This document shows, piece by piece, positions 1-9,955 of a DNA stretch of 35,061 nucleotides. The number at the start of each line of letters is the position of its first letter. Position 1 is the first letter of the stretch. Source of the stretch: Candidatus Zixiibacteriota bacterium (GTDB taxonomy: Bacteria; Zixibacteria; MSB-5A5; UBA10806; 4484-95); NCBI GenBank assembly GCA_012517955.1, contig JAAYTW010000215.1, forward strand, positions 1 through 35,061, written 5' to 3'. A program made the translations under genes and the position numbers. Below the pieces are notes generated by a model. It did no database searches and was not told the DNA's origin. It worked only from the letters and a program-made list of their open reading frames with translations.

Positions 1-1783
1 TCAACACCGTTCCATCGTCCTCAATATCTATTTTTACGCCGGTTTTTTCGATAATCGCGCGGATATTTTTGCCGCCGGGACCAATGACCTCGCCGATTTT
101 ATCGACTTTGATTTTCATGAAAATGATTCTCGGCGCGAATGGGGACAGCTCGGCTCTGGGTTTGTCGATTGCTTCGTTCATTTTCTTCAAAACGAAAAGC
201 CTGGCCTGGCGGGCTTGTTCAAGAGCCTCCCGCATAATATCGATGCTGATGCCGCTCACCTTGACATCCATCTGAAATGCGGTTATCCCCTCGGCGGTAC
301 CGCATACTTTAAAGTCCATATCACCAAGATGATCTTCGGCGCCGAGAATATCGGTTAAAATGGCGTAGCGTTCGCCCTCAGTAATCAAGCCCATGGCGAT
401 TCCCGCAACCGGGCTTTTTATCGGAACGCCGGCATCCATCAGGCTGAGCGTGCCGCCGCATACTGTCGCCATCGAGGATGAACCATTGGATTCCAATATA
501 TCCGATACAATCCGAATTGTATAAGGAAACGACGATTCCGCTGGAATTACCGGCTCGATCGCGCGTTCCGCCAAAGCCCCATGGCCGACTTCGCGTCTGC
601 CGGTTCCGCGAATCGGTTTGACTTCGCCTGTGGCGGATGGCGGGAAATTGTAATGGAGCATATAGCTTTTAAAGGATTCCCCCAGCAAATCGTCGATTTT
701 TTGTTCATCCATTTTGGTTCCCAGCGTGGTTACAACCAACGCCTGGGTTTGACCACGTTGAAATATCGCCGAGCCATGAGTGCGAGGCAAGAAACCAATC
801 TGAATTTCTATCGGCCTGATTTCATCACAACGACGCCCGTCGATACGGCGTCCTTCCGATAAAATCATTTCCCTCATATCGTCGCGTTCGAAATCAGCAA
901 TAATGGCCAGGATTTCCTTTTCTTTTTCGGGAAACTTATCCGCTAAAGCCGCTTTTACTTCCTCGACCATTTTATTTATAATTTCCTGGCGCTGGAGTTT
1001 ATCCGTTGTCCGGTTGGCGATTTTAATCGTGGGAAGCGCCATCTCCGTAAGCGTCGCCAACAATTCGGGGTCCTTTACAGGCTGTTGAATTTCCGGTTTA
1101 GGTTTGCCGCATTTTCCTTTAAGTTCATCGATGGCCGAGACAACTTTGGCAATCCATTCATGAGCAAACCCCAGAGCTTCTATCATGGTTGATTCGCTAA
1201 TCTCTCGCGCTCCCCCTTCGACCATGTTGATGCTGTCTTTAGTCCCGGCGACCACAATATTAAGGTCATTTCCCTCTAATTCGGTAAATGTCGGGAACGC
1301 CACGAATTTATCCCCCACATGGGCGACCCGAACGCCTCCAAGTGGTACATAGAAAGGGATATCCGAAACTGATAAAGCCGCTGAGGCCGCAATTATGCCG
1401 AGCACATCCGAATCGTTTTCCTGATCGGATGACAGCACTTGTACGAGAACCTGCACTTCATTGAAGTAACCATCGGGAAATAATGGGCGAATCGGGCGGT
1501 CAATCAAGCGTGAACATAAAATTTCGCGTTCGGTCGGGCGACCTTCACGTTTAAAATATCCACCGGGTATTTTTCCGGCCGCGTACGCTTTTTCCCGATA
1601 ATCCACGGTCAACGGAAAAAAATCGCCGCCGTCTTTGGGGGGATTTCCCGCGCATGCGGTCGCCAGCACTACGGTATCGCCGAGTCGAACCAAAGCGGCG
1701 CCGCCGGCCTGTTTAGCGACGTGCCCGGTTTGAATAATCAGTTTTTTATCGCCGATGAGTACTTCTACTTGTTCATATGTCAT
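1..1783 (-). CDS. pnp: Polyribonucleotide nucleotidyltransferase (PNPase), 3' end outside the window
   Basis: Missing from the ORF track because it has no stop in the window. Manual translation from ATG 1783 (GAGGA RBS upstream) gives MTYEQVEVLIGDKKLIIQTGHVAKQAGGAALVRLGDTVVLAT...FFPLTVDYREKAYAAGKIPGGYFKREGRP...SRLIDRPIRPLFP, and later ESNGSSSMA and the KH-domain IGPGGK. Directly follows rpsO. Confidence 0.98.
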   Translation of the reverse strand, partial: MTYEQVEVLIGDKKLIIQTGHVAKQAGGAALVRLGDTVVLATACAGNPPKDGGDFFPLTVDYREKAYAAGKIPGGYFKREGRPTEREILCSRLIDRPIRPLFPDGYFNEVQVLVQVLSSDQENDSDVLGIIAASAALSVSDIPFYVPLGGVRVAHVGDKFVAFPTFTELEGNDLNIVVAGTKDSINMVEGGAREISESTMIEALGFAHEWIAKVVSAIDELKGKCGKPKPEIQQPVKDPELLATLTEMALPTIKIANRTTDKLQRQEIINKMVEEVKAALADKFPEKEKEILAIIADFERDDMREMILSEGRRIDGRRCDEIRPIEIQIGFLPRTHGSAIFQRGQTQALVVTTLGTKMDEQKIDDLLGESFKSYMLHYNFPPSATGEVKPIRGTGRREVGHGALAERAIEPVIPAESSFPYTIRIVSDILESNGSSSMATVCGGTLSLMDAGVPIKSPVAGIAMGLITEGERYAILTDILGAEDHLGDMDFKVCGTAEGITAFQMDVKVSGISIDIMREALEQARQARLFVLKKMNEAIDKPRAELSPFAPRIIFMKIKVDKIGEVIGPGGKNIRAIIEKTGVKIDIEDDGTVL

Positions 1784-1804
1784 TTTTTATTCCTCTGGCC
1801 GCCA

Positions 1805-2074
1805 TTACTTACGCAGGCTTAAAGTTTCAATCAAAGCCTGATAAGCTTTCGGGTCGCTGTTGCGTAGATAGTTCAATAAACGGCGACGTTTTCCAACCAT
1901 TCGTAACAATCCCATATTGGAATGATGGTCCTTTGGATGATTCTTTAAATGTTCGGTTAAATAATTAACCCGTTCCGTCAGCATGGCGACCTGAACTTCT
2001 ACTGAACCCGTGTCTTTCTCGTGCAGATGGAAATTGCTGACTATCTCTTGTTTTTTCTCTTTCGTTAGAGCCAC
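1805..2074 (-). CDS. rpsO: 30S ribosomal protein S15
   Basis: 89 aa, [13 protein letters not shown]...[26 protein letters not shown] start with GGAGG RBS. Confidence 0.98.
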   Translation of the reverse strand: MALTKEKKQEIVSNFHLHEKDTGSVEVQVAMLTERVNYLTEHLKNHPKDHHSNMGLLRMVGKRRRLLNYLRNSDPKAYQALIETLSLRK

Positions 2075-2084
2075 TTTTTTCCTC

Positions 2085-3014
2085 CTAAATATTTAATATC
2101 CTTTTTATTTCCATTTCATCCTTGGCCAGCGCCGCCACCAGATATTCGGGCGACTCGAATTTTATCGGCGGCCGAGTGTATTTTTCCAGGCTTAATTTTA
2201 CTGATTTCCCAAGAGCATCGCCACTGAAATTAAACAGATTCGCCTCGACGCAAATAGTTTGGTCGCCGAATGTCAACCTGCCCCCGATATATGCCATCCC
2301 CGCATATTTTACGTCATCTATTTCCGCCCAGGCCGCGTAAACCCCGTCCTTTGGGATAAGTTTACCCGGCGGTATATTCAAATTAAGCGTTGGATAACCA
2401 AGCCTCCGGCCGGCGCCGTACCCTTTTATAACATCCCCCGTTAAAAAATATTTATAACCCAGCATCGCCGCCGCCTCATCATAGTCGCCTGTTTTAAGCT
2501 CGCGGCGGATAGAGCTGGACTTAATCGGGCGACCATCATCATAGACCGGCCCAACCATCTCAACCGAATAACCGTATCTTTCCGATAGCGAGCGGGCCAT
2601 CTCGAAATTCCCTTGTCGGTCTTTGCCGAACGAATGATCATATCCGATAACAAAATGTTTCATATTAAGATGTTCTATTAGAATTCTCTGAATAAAGTTT
2701 CCTGCGTCAAGAGAAGCTAATTGCTGATTGAACTCGAGGATAACCACCAAGTCAAGATTTAATTTCGAAAGCAGATGCAGTTTTTCATCTTTCGTGTTTA
2801 AGACCTCGGTACAGCCTTTGCGGCCTAAAATCAATTGCGGGTGGGGATCGAAAGTCAACAATGTCGCCAGTGAATTTGTATCTCTGGCGGCTTTGACTAA
2901 TCTCTCTATCAAAGCCACATGGCCGCGGTGAACTCCATCAAAAGTGCCGACCGTCACCGATGTTTCCCCAATGGTCTCTCTTTCAAGCTGACTCTTGCCG
3001 CAGATGACCTTCAT
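2085..3014 (-). CDS. ribF: Bifunctional riboflavin kinase / FAD synthetase
   Basis: [38 protein letters not shown] motifs; truB-ribF-rpsO synteny. Confidence 0.96.
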   Translation of the reverse strand: MKVICGKSQLERETIGETSVTVGTFDGVHRGHVALIERLVKAARDTNSLATLLTFDPHPQLILGRKGCTEVLNTKDEKLHLLSKLNLDLVVILEFNQQLASLDAGNFIQRILIEHLNMKHFVIGYDHSFGKDRQGNFEMARSLSERYGYSVEMVGPVYDDGRPIKSSSIRRELKTGDYDEAAAMLGYKYFLTGDVIKGYGAGRRLGYPTLNLNIPPGKLIPKDGVYAAWAEIDDVKYAGMAYIGGRLTFGDQTICVEANLFNFSGDALGKSVKLSLEKYTRPPIKFESPEYLVAALAKDEMEIKRILNI

Positions 3015-3939
3015 CGATAATTCTCACGTATTTGCCGAGGACATCGCGGCTGTCAAGCCGGTCAAAACTTCCCCAGCTGTAATTCAATTGGACCAGAGCC
3101 ACAACTTTGCTGTCTGAATCTACCAATAACGATAAGCATCCGCCAGGCCCGCGATATTCCGTTCGCGATAAGTATTTTTTAATAAAAGGCCGTCCCTCAA
3201 TAATCGATTTGATATATTCCGGGCGGACGAATATTCTTGGTTTCTCGGGCATGGCTTCCCAAAGCGGTTTTATCATACTGAAATCGTTAATCTCGACGGC
3301 TTTCTCCAATTCGCGCAACGTAACCGCCTGTTCAAGCTTGAAAGCACCGATTCCGGTTCTAATCAAATCGGTAAGATAGGCGCCGCAACCAACCATTTGC
3401 CCCATCTCATGCGCCAGACTGCGGACGTAAGTACCGGCGGAACAGGTCACGTCTATGGTAACATCAGGCCAGTCAAACGAAACGATTTTAATCTCGTATA
3501 ATTCCACCTCTTTATAACGTTCCGGAATGTTTTCTCCTCTGCGAGCGTTTTCGTACATCTTTTGTCCATCGACCTTGGCCGCCGAAAACGGTGGAATTAG
3601 TTGCTTTATTCTGCCGGTGAATTTTCCGCATAGTTCTTCGAATTGCTCAATAGCCATGAATCCTGGGTCTTTTTCGCCGGTGGTTTTGCCTTCGGCATCA
3701 AACGTATCGGTGGACCGGCCGAATTTAATTTCGGCGCGGTATTGTTTATTGGCGCCGGTCAATTGTTGCGAAAACAGCGTTCCCTTGCCAAGCAACATCA
3801 CCATTAATCCCGTTGCCAAAGGATCCAAAATACCGGTATGGCCGACTCGCCTTTGGTCAAAAAGAACCCGCAAGCGGTCCACGAGGTCATGCGATGTAAT
3901 TCCTTTAGGCTTATCAACCAAAATTACGCCGTTATACAT
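2983..3939 (-). CDS. truB: tRNA pseudouridine(55) synthase
   Basis: DKPKGITSHD, GHTGILDPLATG (catalytic Asp), CSAGTYVRSLA. Confidence 0.96.
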   Translation of the reverse strand: MYNGVILVDKPKGITSHDLVDRLRVLFDQRRVGHTGILDPLATGLMVMLLGKGTLFSQQLTGANKQYRAEIKFGRSTDTFDAEGKTTGEKDPGFMAIEQFEELCGKFTGRIKQLIPPFSAAKVDGQKMYENARRGENIPERYKEVELYEIKIVSFDWPDVTIDVTCSAGTYVRSLAHEMGQMVGCGAYLTDLIRTGIGAFKLEQAVTLRELEKAVEINDFSMIKPLWEAMPEKPRIFVRPEYIKSIIEGRPFIKKYLSRTEYRGPGGCLSLLVDSDSKVVALVQLNYSWGSFDRLDSRDVLGKYVRIIDEGHLRQESA

Positions 3940-4912
3940 TCAAATACTCCGATAACGCTATCACCACGGTCGGTTCCGCCGAATCGAGATTTTCGGCAAG
4001 CGTAAATCCGGATGCGTTTAAATGGCCGCCCCCTCCCCGCTTGCCGGCAAATGAGCCGATATCGATTCCATCGCGCGAGCGTAAGCTGACTTTTACGGTT
4101 TTGGAATCAACCTCCTTGAGCAAGACACCTACTTCGACCCCTTTGATCATCATGCTGTAGTCGATTAAGCCCTCGGAGTTTTCCATCGATGCTCCGAATT
4201 TCGCCGGGTCGTTTTTAGCCAGTTTGAATACGCAAATTTTACCGTCGGCGTATAATCGCATATTTTGTAAAACGTAACCGACCATCTTCAGTGTCGCGGC
4301 CGTAAACGACGAAAAGATATTTTCGGCTATTGATTTCGGCCGAGCGCCTTTTTCGACCAAAACCGCCGCCGTATTCAAGCACCTGGATGTGGTATTGGAA
4401 AATTTAAAGCAACCGGTATCGGATATTAACGCCGCGTAAAGAGGACCGGCCACATCCGCATCGAAAGAACCCCCGGCGCTATTGAAAATATCGAATAATA
4501 TTTGGCCGACGGCACAGGCATCTTTATCAACAATATTCACCCGCCCATACATTTCGTTATCTTCGTGGTGGTCGATATTAACGATTAGCGTTTGGGGACC
4601 GATTAAATTTTTAACAAATCCGATGCGCTCGAAACGAGGACATTCCAATATGATAGCAACCGGAAAATCCGATGACGTTTTTGGGGCTTCGGATTTTATC
4701 ACGCCTTCTGAATCAAGAAAAACGTACTTGGATGGGATTATTCCCTGGGAATAAACCATCGTTTTTTTGCCAAGTCTTTTTAAATAATTATTCAAGCCTA
4801 TTAGAGAGCCGATCGAATCGCCATCGGGGTCTTGATGGGAAGTCAATAAGAACGTGTCGTTATCCGTTATCAGTTTATTCAGAATATTGATCTGTGCCCT
4901 GTTGTCTGTCAT
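3932..4912 (-). CDS. nrnA: DHH/DHHA1 family oligoribonuclease / pAp phosphatase (NrnA-like)
   Basis: HQDPDGDSIGS, NIDHH, SDTGCF, GGGGHLNASG; usual position between rbfA and truB. Confidence 0.9.
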   Translation of the reverse strand: MTDNRAQINILNKLITDNDTFLLTSHQDPDGDSIGSLIGLNNYLKRLGKKTMVYSQGIIPSKYVFLDSEGVIKSEAPKTSSDFPVAIILECPRFERIGFVKNLIGPQTLIVNIDHHEDNEMYGRVNIVDKDACAVGQILFDIFNSAGGSFDADVAGPLYAALISDTGCFKFSNTTSRCLNTAAVLVEKGARPKSIAENIFSSFTAATLKMVGYVLQNMRLYADGKICVFKLAKNDPAKFGASMENSEGLIDYSMMIKGVEVGVLLKEVDSKTVKVSLRSRDGIDIGSFAGKRGGGGHLNASGFTLAENLDSAEPTVVIALSEYLNV

Positions 4913-5252
4913 GTTTTATCTGGTCAAGAAGTTGATTGATTCGCTGCCCTCGTTCAATCGAATTGTCATACAAATACTTCAGTTCCGGTATAAATTTGAC
5001 GCGTATCTGCGACGCCGTTTCCATGCGAAGATATTTGGTCTGATGCTCAAAGTAGAGGGACGCTTTGTCGCGCATGACATCATCGCCCAATACCGAATAG
5101 AATACCTTGCCGTAACGAAGGTCTTTTGTCAATTCAACATCGGTTATGCTTATTATCATTCCTTCCGGAAGCTCCGGGTCATTGATTATCAATTTCGAAA
5201 GCGTCCTTTTTATCTGGGACGCCAGCCGGTCGATTCGTGAAAATGATTTCAT
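4875..5252 (-). CDS. rbfA: Ribosome-binding factor A
   Basis: RIDRLASQIKR, ITDVELTKDLR, PELKYLYD. Start set at ATG 5252, which overlaps the DUF503 stop (ATGA) and has a GGAG RBS. Confidence 0.93.
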   Translation of the reverse strand: MKSFSRIDRLASQIKRTLSKLIINDPELPEGMIISITDVELTKDLRYGKVFYSVLGDDVMRDKASLYFEHQTKYLRMETASQIRVKFIPELKYLYDNSIERGQRINQLLDQIKHDRQQGTDQYSE

Positions 5253-5530
5253 CGCCACTCCAGGTTTATATCCGTTACAACCGCTTCAGGATGGTTTCCG
5301 GCCATGTTCGCGACATTCGATAACACGGTGTTGGCAAAAGCGCTATCGTTGGAAATTACCGCTACGCCGAGCGTGCAAACCTGCCAGAGATCGTTATCCT
5401 CGAGCTCGGCCACCGATACATTGAATTTGCTTTTTATCCGCTCTTTCATAGACATAATTATTTTCCGTTTGGCTTTAAGCGAATTTGACCCTGGTAAATG
5501 CAGTCGGATTTTTAATATGCCAACAACCAT
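5249..5530 (-). CDS. DUF503 (YlxP-like) protein
   Basis: SLKAKRKII..KERIKSKFNVSVAE..D.DLWQ signature, between infB and rbfA. Confidence 0.92.
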   Translation of the reverse strand: MVVGILKIRLHLPGSNSLKAKRKIIMSMKERIKSKFNVSVAELEDNDLWQVCTLGVAVISNDSAFANTVLSNVANMAGNHPEAVVTDINLEWR

Positions 5531-5547
5531 TGAACCTTACCTCATAA

Positions 5548-7788
5548 CTAATCGAGCGTTCTGGCCTTTTCCGTGATTTCGAACGTTTCGATAATGTCCC
5601 CTTCTTTGACATCCTGCATCGACGATAATCCGATACCGCATTCGAATCCGCTCTGGACTTCCCTGACATCATCTTTGAATCGCTTCAGAGAAGTAATAGT
5701 ACCTTCGCTGATAATGACACTATTACGCAACACCCTGTATTTGGCGTTCCGCTTGATAGCGCCGTCTTTTACGATGCTTCCGGCGATAAATCCCACTTTC
5801 GGAACTTTGATAATATTGCGAATTTCCGCGGCGCCGGTTTTGATTTCGACGCTTTCCGGCCTGAGCAATCCCTCCAGAGCTTTCTTTATATCGGATTCCA
5901 CTTCGTAGATGATTTTATAAAGCCGATAATCGACACCCTCTCGTTGAGCCAATTCTGCGGCTTTAATATCGGGGCGAACATGGAACCCGATAATGATGGC
6001 ATCAGAGGCGGCGGCCAACATAACATCAGATTCGTTAATCGCCCCCACGCCGCGATGGATAACCCGCACCGCTACTTCTTTATGTTCTATCTTGGAGAGC
6101 GTGTCGGATAGCGCCTCAACTGAACCATCGGCGTCCCCCTTTATCACCAGATTCAACTCGCGTATCTGACCCTCTTTGATGCGGCTGTAAACATCGGTAA
6201 GTTTAATCCTGTTAATGAGTCGGAAATCCCTTTCGCGTTTAAGGCGCAAACGTTTTTGGCTGATTTCCTTGGCGGCCGATTCGCTGCGGGTTACGACGAA
6301 CGCATCGCCGGCTTGAGGCACTCCGTCCGCTCCAAGTATCAGCACCGGCACTGACGGCTGAGCTTCGGTAACCATATTACCGCGTTCATCGAACATGGCG
6401 CGGACTTTTCCGGAATAAACCCCGCAAACGAATGGATCACCGACACGCAGAGTCCCCTTCTGAACCAGAATCGTACAGATAACCCCCTTACCCTTATCGA
6501 GCCTGGCTTCCACAACCACTCCAAGGGCCCGCCTCTCGGCATTGGCTTTAAGTTCCATCATTTCGGCTTGCAGCAAAATCATATCAAGCAGCTTATCGAC
6601 GTTCGTCCCGTATTTAGCCGATATTTCAACCATGATAGTTTTGCCGCCCCACTCTTCCGGAACGAGATTATGCTTGGCAAGCTGATTTTTTATATTATCC
6701 AGATTGATATTGGGTAAATCGATTTTATTGATTGCCACAATAATCGGAACTCCTGCGGCGCGAGCATGGTCGATGGCCTCTACAGTTTGCGGCATCACCG
6801 CGTCATCGGCGGCCACAACCAGCACAACGATATCGGTAACTTGCGCTCCCCGAGCCCGCATAGCCGAAAACGCCTCATGGCCGGGAGTATCCAAAAATGT
6901 AATCTTGCCATCGGCGTGATTTACAACATACGCGCCGATATGCTGCGTGATACCTCCTGATTCGCCGGCGACGATATTTGACTTGCGTATATAATCGAGC
7001 AAAGATGTTTTTCCATGATCGACATGTCCCATTATCGTAACGACCGGCCAACGCTTTGTTAATTTGGCCGATTCTTCCTGTTCGGCAATCTCTTCCTCTT
7101 CAGCATACAGCTTCTCTTCTTCGACATTGTAATTGAATTCGAGGGCGATTGTCTGAATTGTATCCATGTCGAGGCGCTGATTTATGGTAGCCATCATTCC
7201 CAATTCCATGCATTTAGCCACCACCTGAGCCGGTTTCACGTTCATCAAAGCCGCCAGTTCAGACACGGTTATATATTCCTGAACTTTGATGGTATTGGTT
7301 GCTTCAGCCGAAATCGACTGACTATCTTTATCCGGCCGATGATATTTTTTCCGTTTCACTCCCCCCAGACTGGACATGGTCTGGCGAAAGCTGGCTTCCA
7401 CCGCTTTGCGGTCAACGATATGTTCCTTGTGGCGCCGACGTTTTTCTTTCTTACGCTTTATCTCAACTTTTTTCGGTTCCGCTTTTTTGGGCGGTTTTTT
7501 CTTGGATTTAGCCAGTTCGGCAAGAATTCGTTTTTCCGCTTCACGCTTTTGTCTTAATTTGTCTTCCTCTTCGCGCCTTCGTTCTTCTTCTTTTCGCCGT
7601 TTTTCTTCCAGGCCCTTTTTAACTTCATCGGCCTGTTCTTTTATCTTGCGTTCGACTGCTTTAATGACATCATCGCCTACTGTTGATGAATGCGATTTTA
7701 TCTCGAAACCGAGGCCGCGAACCATATCAACCATCGCCTTGGAAGAAAGGTTAAATTCTTTGGCCAGGTCATATACTCTTTTTTTCAT
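5548..7788 (-). CDS. infB: Translation initiation factor IF-2
   Basis: N-terminal [44 protein letters not shown]. Confidence 0.99.
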   Translation of the reverse strand: MKKRVYDLAKEFNLSSKAMVDMVRGLGFEIKSHSSTVGDDVIKAVERKIKEQADEVKKGLEEKRRKEEERRREEEDKLRQKREAEKRILAELAKSKKKPPKKAEPKKVEIKRKKEKRRRHKEHIVDRKAVEASFRQTMSSLGGVKRKKYHRPDKDSQSISAEATNTIKVQEYITVSELAALMNVKPAQVVAKCMELGMMATINQRLDMDTIQTIALEFNYNVEEEKLYAEEEEIAEQEESAKLTKRWPVVTIMGHVDHGKTSLLDYIRKSNIVAGESGGITQHIGAYVVNHADGKITFLDTPGHEAFSAMRARGAQVTDIVVLVVAADDAVMPQTVEAIDHARAAGVPIIVAINKIDLPNINLDNIKNQLAKHNLVPEEWGGKTIMVEISAKYGTNVDKLLDMILLQAEMMELKANAERRALGVVVEARLDKGKGVICTILVQKGTLRVGDPFVCGVYSGKVRAMFDERGNMVTEAQPSVPVLILGADGVPQAGDAFVVTRSESAAKEISQKRLRLKRERDFRLINRIKLTDVYSRIKEGQIRELNLVIKGDADGSVEALSDTLSKIEHKEVAVRVIHRGVGAINESDVMLAAASDAIIIGFHVRPDIKAAELAQREGVDYRLYKIIYEVESDIKKALEGLLRPESVEIKTGAAEIRNIIKVPKVGFIAGSIVKDGAIKRNAKYRVLRNSVIISEGTITSLKRFKDDVREVQSGFECGIGLSSMQDVKEGDIIETFEITEKARTLD

Positions 7789-7842
7789 ATATTCTCCTCC
7801 CTGTCACCGAGTCCAAGCTCTTATAAAACAAGGCCTTTCCCA

Positions 7843-9198
7843 TTAAAATTCTTCCAAACGAGGCGATGTTTCGCTATCAGTTGGACTGAATTCATATTCG
7901 ACAGGCTTATCGGCGCCGGATTCCAACGCGGCTTTTTGTATTTCGGCGATTTTATCACTGATTGCTTTTTCGGCGATTTCAATAAGACGTTCGGCGGTAC
8001 GCTCGCCGATTCCCTCAATCTCCTGAAGTTTCTCTTTGCCTTTGCGGATAATATCCTGGGCCGTTTCAATACCCGACGATAAAAGTTTGGCTCGCAGTTT
8101 TTCGGTAATATCGACAATCGATTCAATATCGACTTTTTCCATCTCTTCAGTTTGACGTAGAGCGTTATATTCGGTTTCCGACATAATATTGATTTTCCAT
8201 CCGGTTAATTTAGCGGCCAGGCGCGCGTTCTGACCTGCTTTACCGATGGCCAAAGATAATTTATCATCGGCGACAATCACCAGCATCTTTTTATCTTCTT
8301 GGAAAATATCGACATGGACAATTTTAGCCGGAGCCAAGCTTTTGGTAACGAAAATCATCGGTTCGCCGGACCAGGGAACAATATCGATTCGTTCATTATT
8401 CAATTCGCGGACGATATTCTGAACCCGTACCCCTTTTACGCCTACGCAGGCACCAACAGCATCAATCCTATCATCGTTGGAATAGACGGCGATTTTACTG
8501 CGTTCGCCGGGTTCGCGGGAAATAGCCTTGATTTCGATTATTTTCTCGGCGATTTCGGGAACCTCCTGACTGAACAATTTACGTAAAAAATCGGCCGAAC
8601 CGCGGGTCAACATGATTTGGGGGCCGCGGTTGGATTTTTGAACGTCGTAAATCAACGCTTTTATTCTATCGCCCTGACGGAATTTTTCTTTTTTTATCTG
8701 TTCTTTCAGCGGCACGATACCCTCGGCACGCCCAAGATTAACCACTATGTTGCCTTTATCGACTTGCTGAACCACGCCGGTTATCAATTCGCCGACCTTC
8801 TTGATATATTCTTCATAGATTTGCTCGCGTTCAGCCTCTCGGACTTTCTGGATAAGAATTTGTTTGGCGGAGGCGATAGCGTTGCGGCCGAATTCCATAA
8901 AATCGATGGGGAAATCGAGTTCCTGCCCGATTTCGACATCCTCGTAGTGTTCTTCCGCCTGCGCGATTGTCGCTTCGGTATAAGGGTCGATTACGTTTTC
9001 AACTATTTTCTTGGTCATCCACATCTTGATTTCGCCGGACATGCGGTCGATTTCGGCCCGAATCGATTCGTTGGTTATATATTTCTTTTTGGCGGCCGCC
9101 ACCAACGCCGACTCCACCGTCTCGAGAACGTAGTCCATTTCAAGATTTTTATCGCGCGATATTTGCGACAACGCTTCTAAAATGTCATATTGCATCAT
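7843..9198 (-). CDS. nusA: Transcription termination factor NusA
   Basis: FGRNAIASAKQ, REPGERSKIAV, GACVGVKG, LAIGKAGQNARLA; C-terminal HhH-like IEGIGERTA. Confidence 0.98.
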   Translation of the reverse strand: MMQYDILEALSQISRDKNLEMDYVLETVESALVAAAKKKYITNESIRAEIDRMSGEIKMWMTKKIVENVIDPYTEATIAQAEEHYEDVEIGQELDFPIDFMEFGRNAIASAKQILIQKVREAEREQIYEEYIKKVGELITGVVQQVDKGNIVVNLGRAEGIVPLKEQIKKEKFRQGDRIKALIYDVQKSNRGPQIMLTRGSADFLRKLFSQEVPEIAEKIIEIKAISREPGERSKIAVYSNDDRIDAVGACVGVKGVRVQNIVRELNNERIDIVPWSGEPMIFVTKSLAPAKIVHVDIFQEDKKMLVIVADDKLSLAIGKAGQNARLAAKLTGWKINIMSETEYNALRQTEEMEKVDIESIVDITEKLRAKLLSSGIETAQDIIRKGKEKLQEIEGIGERTAERLIEIAEKAISDKIAEIQKAALESGADKPVEYEFSPTDSETSPRLEEF

Positions 9199-9214
9199 AA
9201 GCCTCCGCTATTGG

Positions 9215-9661
9215 CTAATAAACGATTTTCCCCCGGATAATGTTCTCATACCTGTATTGTTCAGACAGGTCATCGACCGTAATCGTGATTGCCGCGTCGT
9301 CTGCCTGGCTTAACACTCCTTCAATTACATTTTTTTCGTAAATCCCCGGTTTAAATTCAATCCGGACTTTTTCTCCGATTCGCCTTTTAAAATCGATGGC
9401 TTTGATTAACGGCTTATCAAGTCCTAACGATGTTACCTCGAGCGTGTAATGGCCATGGATAATTTCGGAGGTGTCAAGATAGTCGGAAACATCGCGCGAC
9501 AGGTCGGCGCATTCACCTACCGTTACTCCCCCCGGTTTATGCACGGTGAGGCGCAAGATAGCGCGGCCGCCCAGGTGCACAATGGTGGTCTCCACCAATT
9601 CCAGGCCGAGCGATTGGGCGAGTTCGTCGAATTTCAGTCTTACGTTTTCAAGGATATCCAT
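9215..9661 (-). CDS. rimP: Ribosome maturation factor RimP
   Basis: GVTVGECADLSR, YTLEVTSLGLDKPL. ATG 9661 with GAGGA RBS is preferred over TTG 9679. Confidence 0.93.
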   Translation of the reverse strand: MDILENVRLKFDELAQSLGLELVETTIVHLGGRAILRLTVHKPGGVTVGECADLSRDVSDYLDTSEIIHGHYTLEVTSLGLDKPLIKAIDFKRRIGEKVRIEFKPGIYEKNVIEGVLSQADDAAITITVDDLSEQYRYENIIRGKIVY

Positions 9662-9684
9662 GGTTCCACTATTCCTCAATAGTC

Positions 9685-9710
9685 AAAAGAGTGGGTCTGT
9701 CAACCCACTC
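9685..9710 (-). promoter_or_regulatory. rimP leader hairpin (terminator-like attenuator)
   Basis: Minus strand GAGTGGGT-TGACAG-ACCCACTC-TTTT: a perfect 8-bp stem plus U-tract between the promoter and the RBS, like the conserved rimP leader hairpins. Confidence 0.75.
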
Positions 9711-9722
9711 CCCAAGTTTTGC

Positions 9723-9751
9723 AATTTACCAAATTATAATGTTTTACGCAA
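9723..9751 (-). promoter_or_regulatory. Sigma-70-type promoter of the rimP-nusA-infB operon
   Basis: TTGCGT-N17-TAAATT with an extended -10 TG, directly upstream of the leader hairpin. Confidence 0.6.
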
Positions 9752-9840
9752 GTTTTATTTTAAGGAATTTTGGGGGTTGGAAGGGGGCGATTTAAGCAGA
9801 TAGGCTTCGGGAATTACCGGGAGAGATGTGGACATTAGAA

Positions 9841-9859
9841 CCCACGGCGGAGCCGTGGG
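9841..9859. repeat. REP-like GC-rich palindrome
   Basis: CCCACGGC-GGA-GCCGTGGG, perfect 8-bp inverted repeat in intergenic DNA with no U-tract. Confidence 0.5.
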
Positions 9860-9877
9860 GCACCCCTTTGGGAGCGA

Positions 9878-9928
9878 TTCCGGCCGGCCACGCCTCAGTA
9901 GTTACGAGGGCTACGACCTCCCGGAACG
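9878..9928. repeat. 51-bp imperfect-hairpin repeat, copy 1
   Basis: ttccggccggccacgcctcagtagttacgagggctacgacctcccggaacg; 37/51 identical without gaps to 10861-10911. Confidence 0.8.
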
Positions 9929-9955
9929 ATAAAAAATAACGTTTCATTTTAATAA

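Noticed and set aside
7400-7660. Low-complexity purine/pyrimidine-biased tract
   Set aside because: Encodes the normal Lys/Glu/Arg-rich linker of IF-2; not a DNA repeat.
8617-9180. 187-aa plus-strand ORF, and similar ORFs opposite pnp, infB, guaB, rtcB and others
   Set aside because: Antisense shadows of well-supported housekeeping genes, with the F/L/R-rich composition typical of reverse frames.
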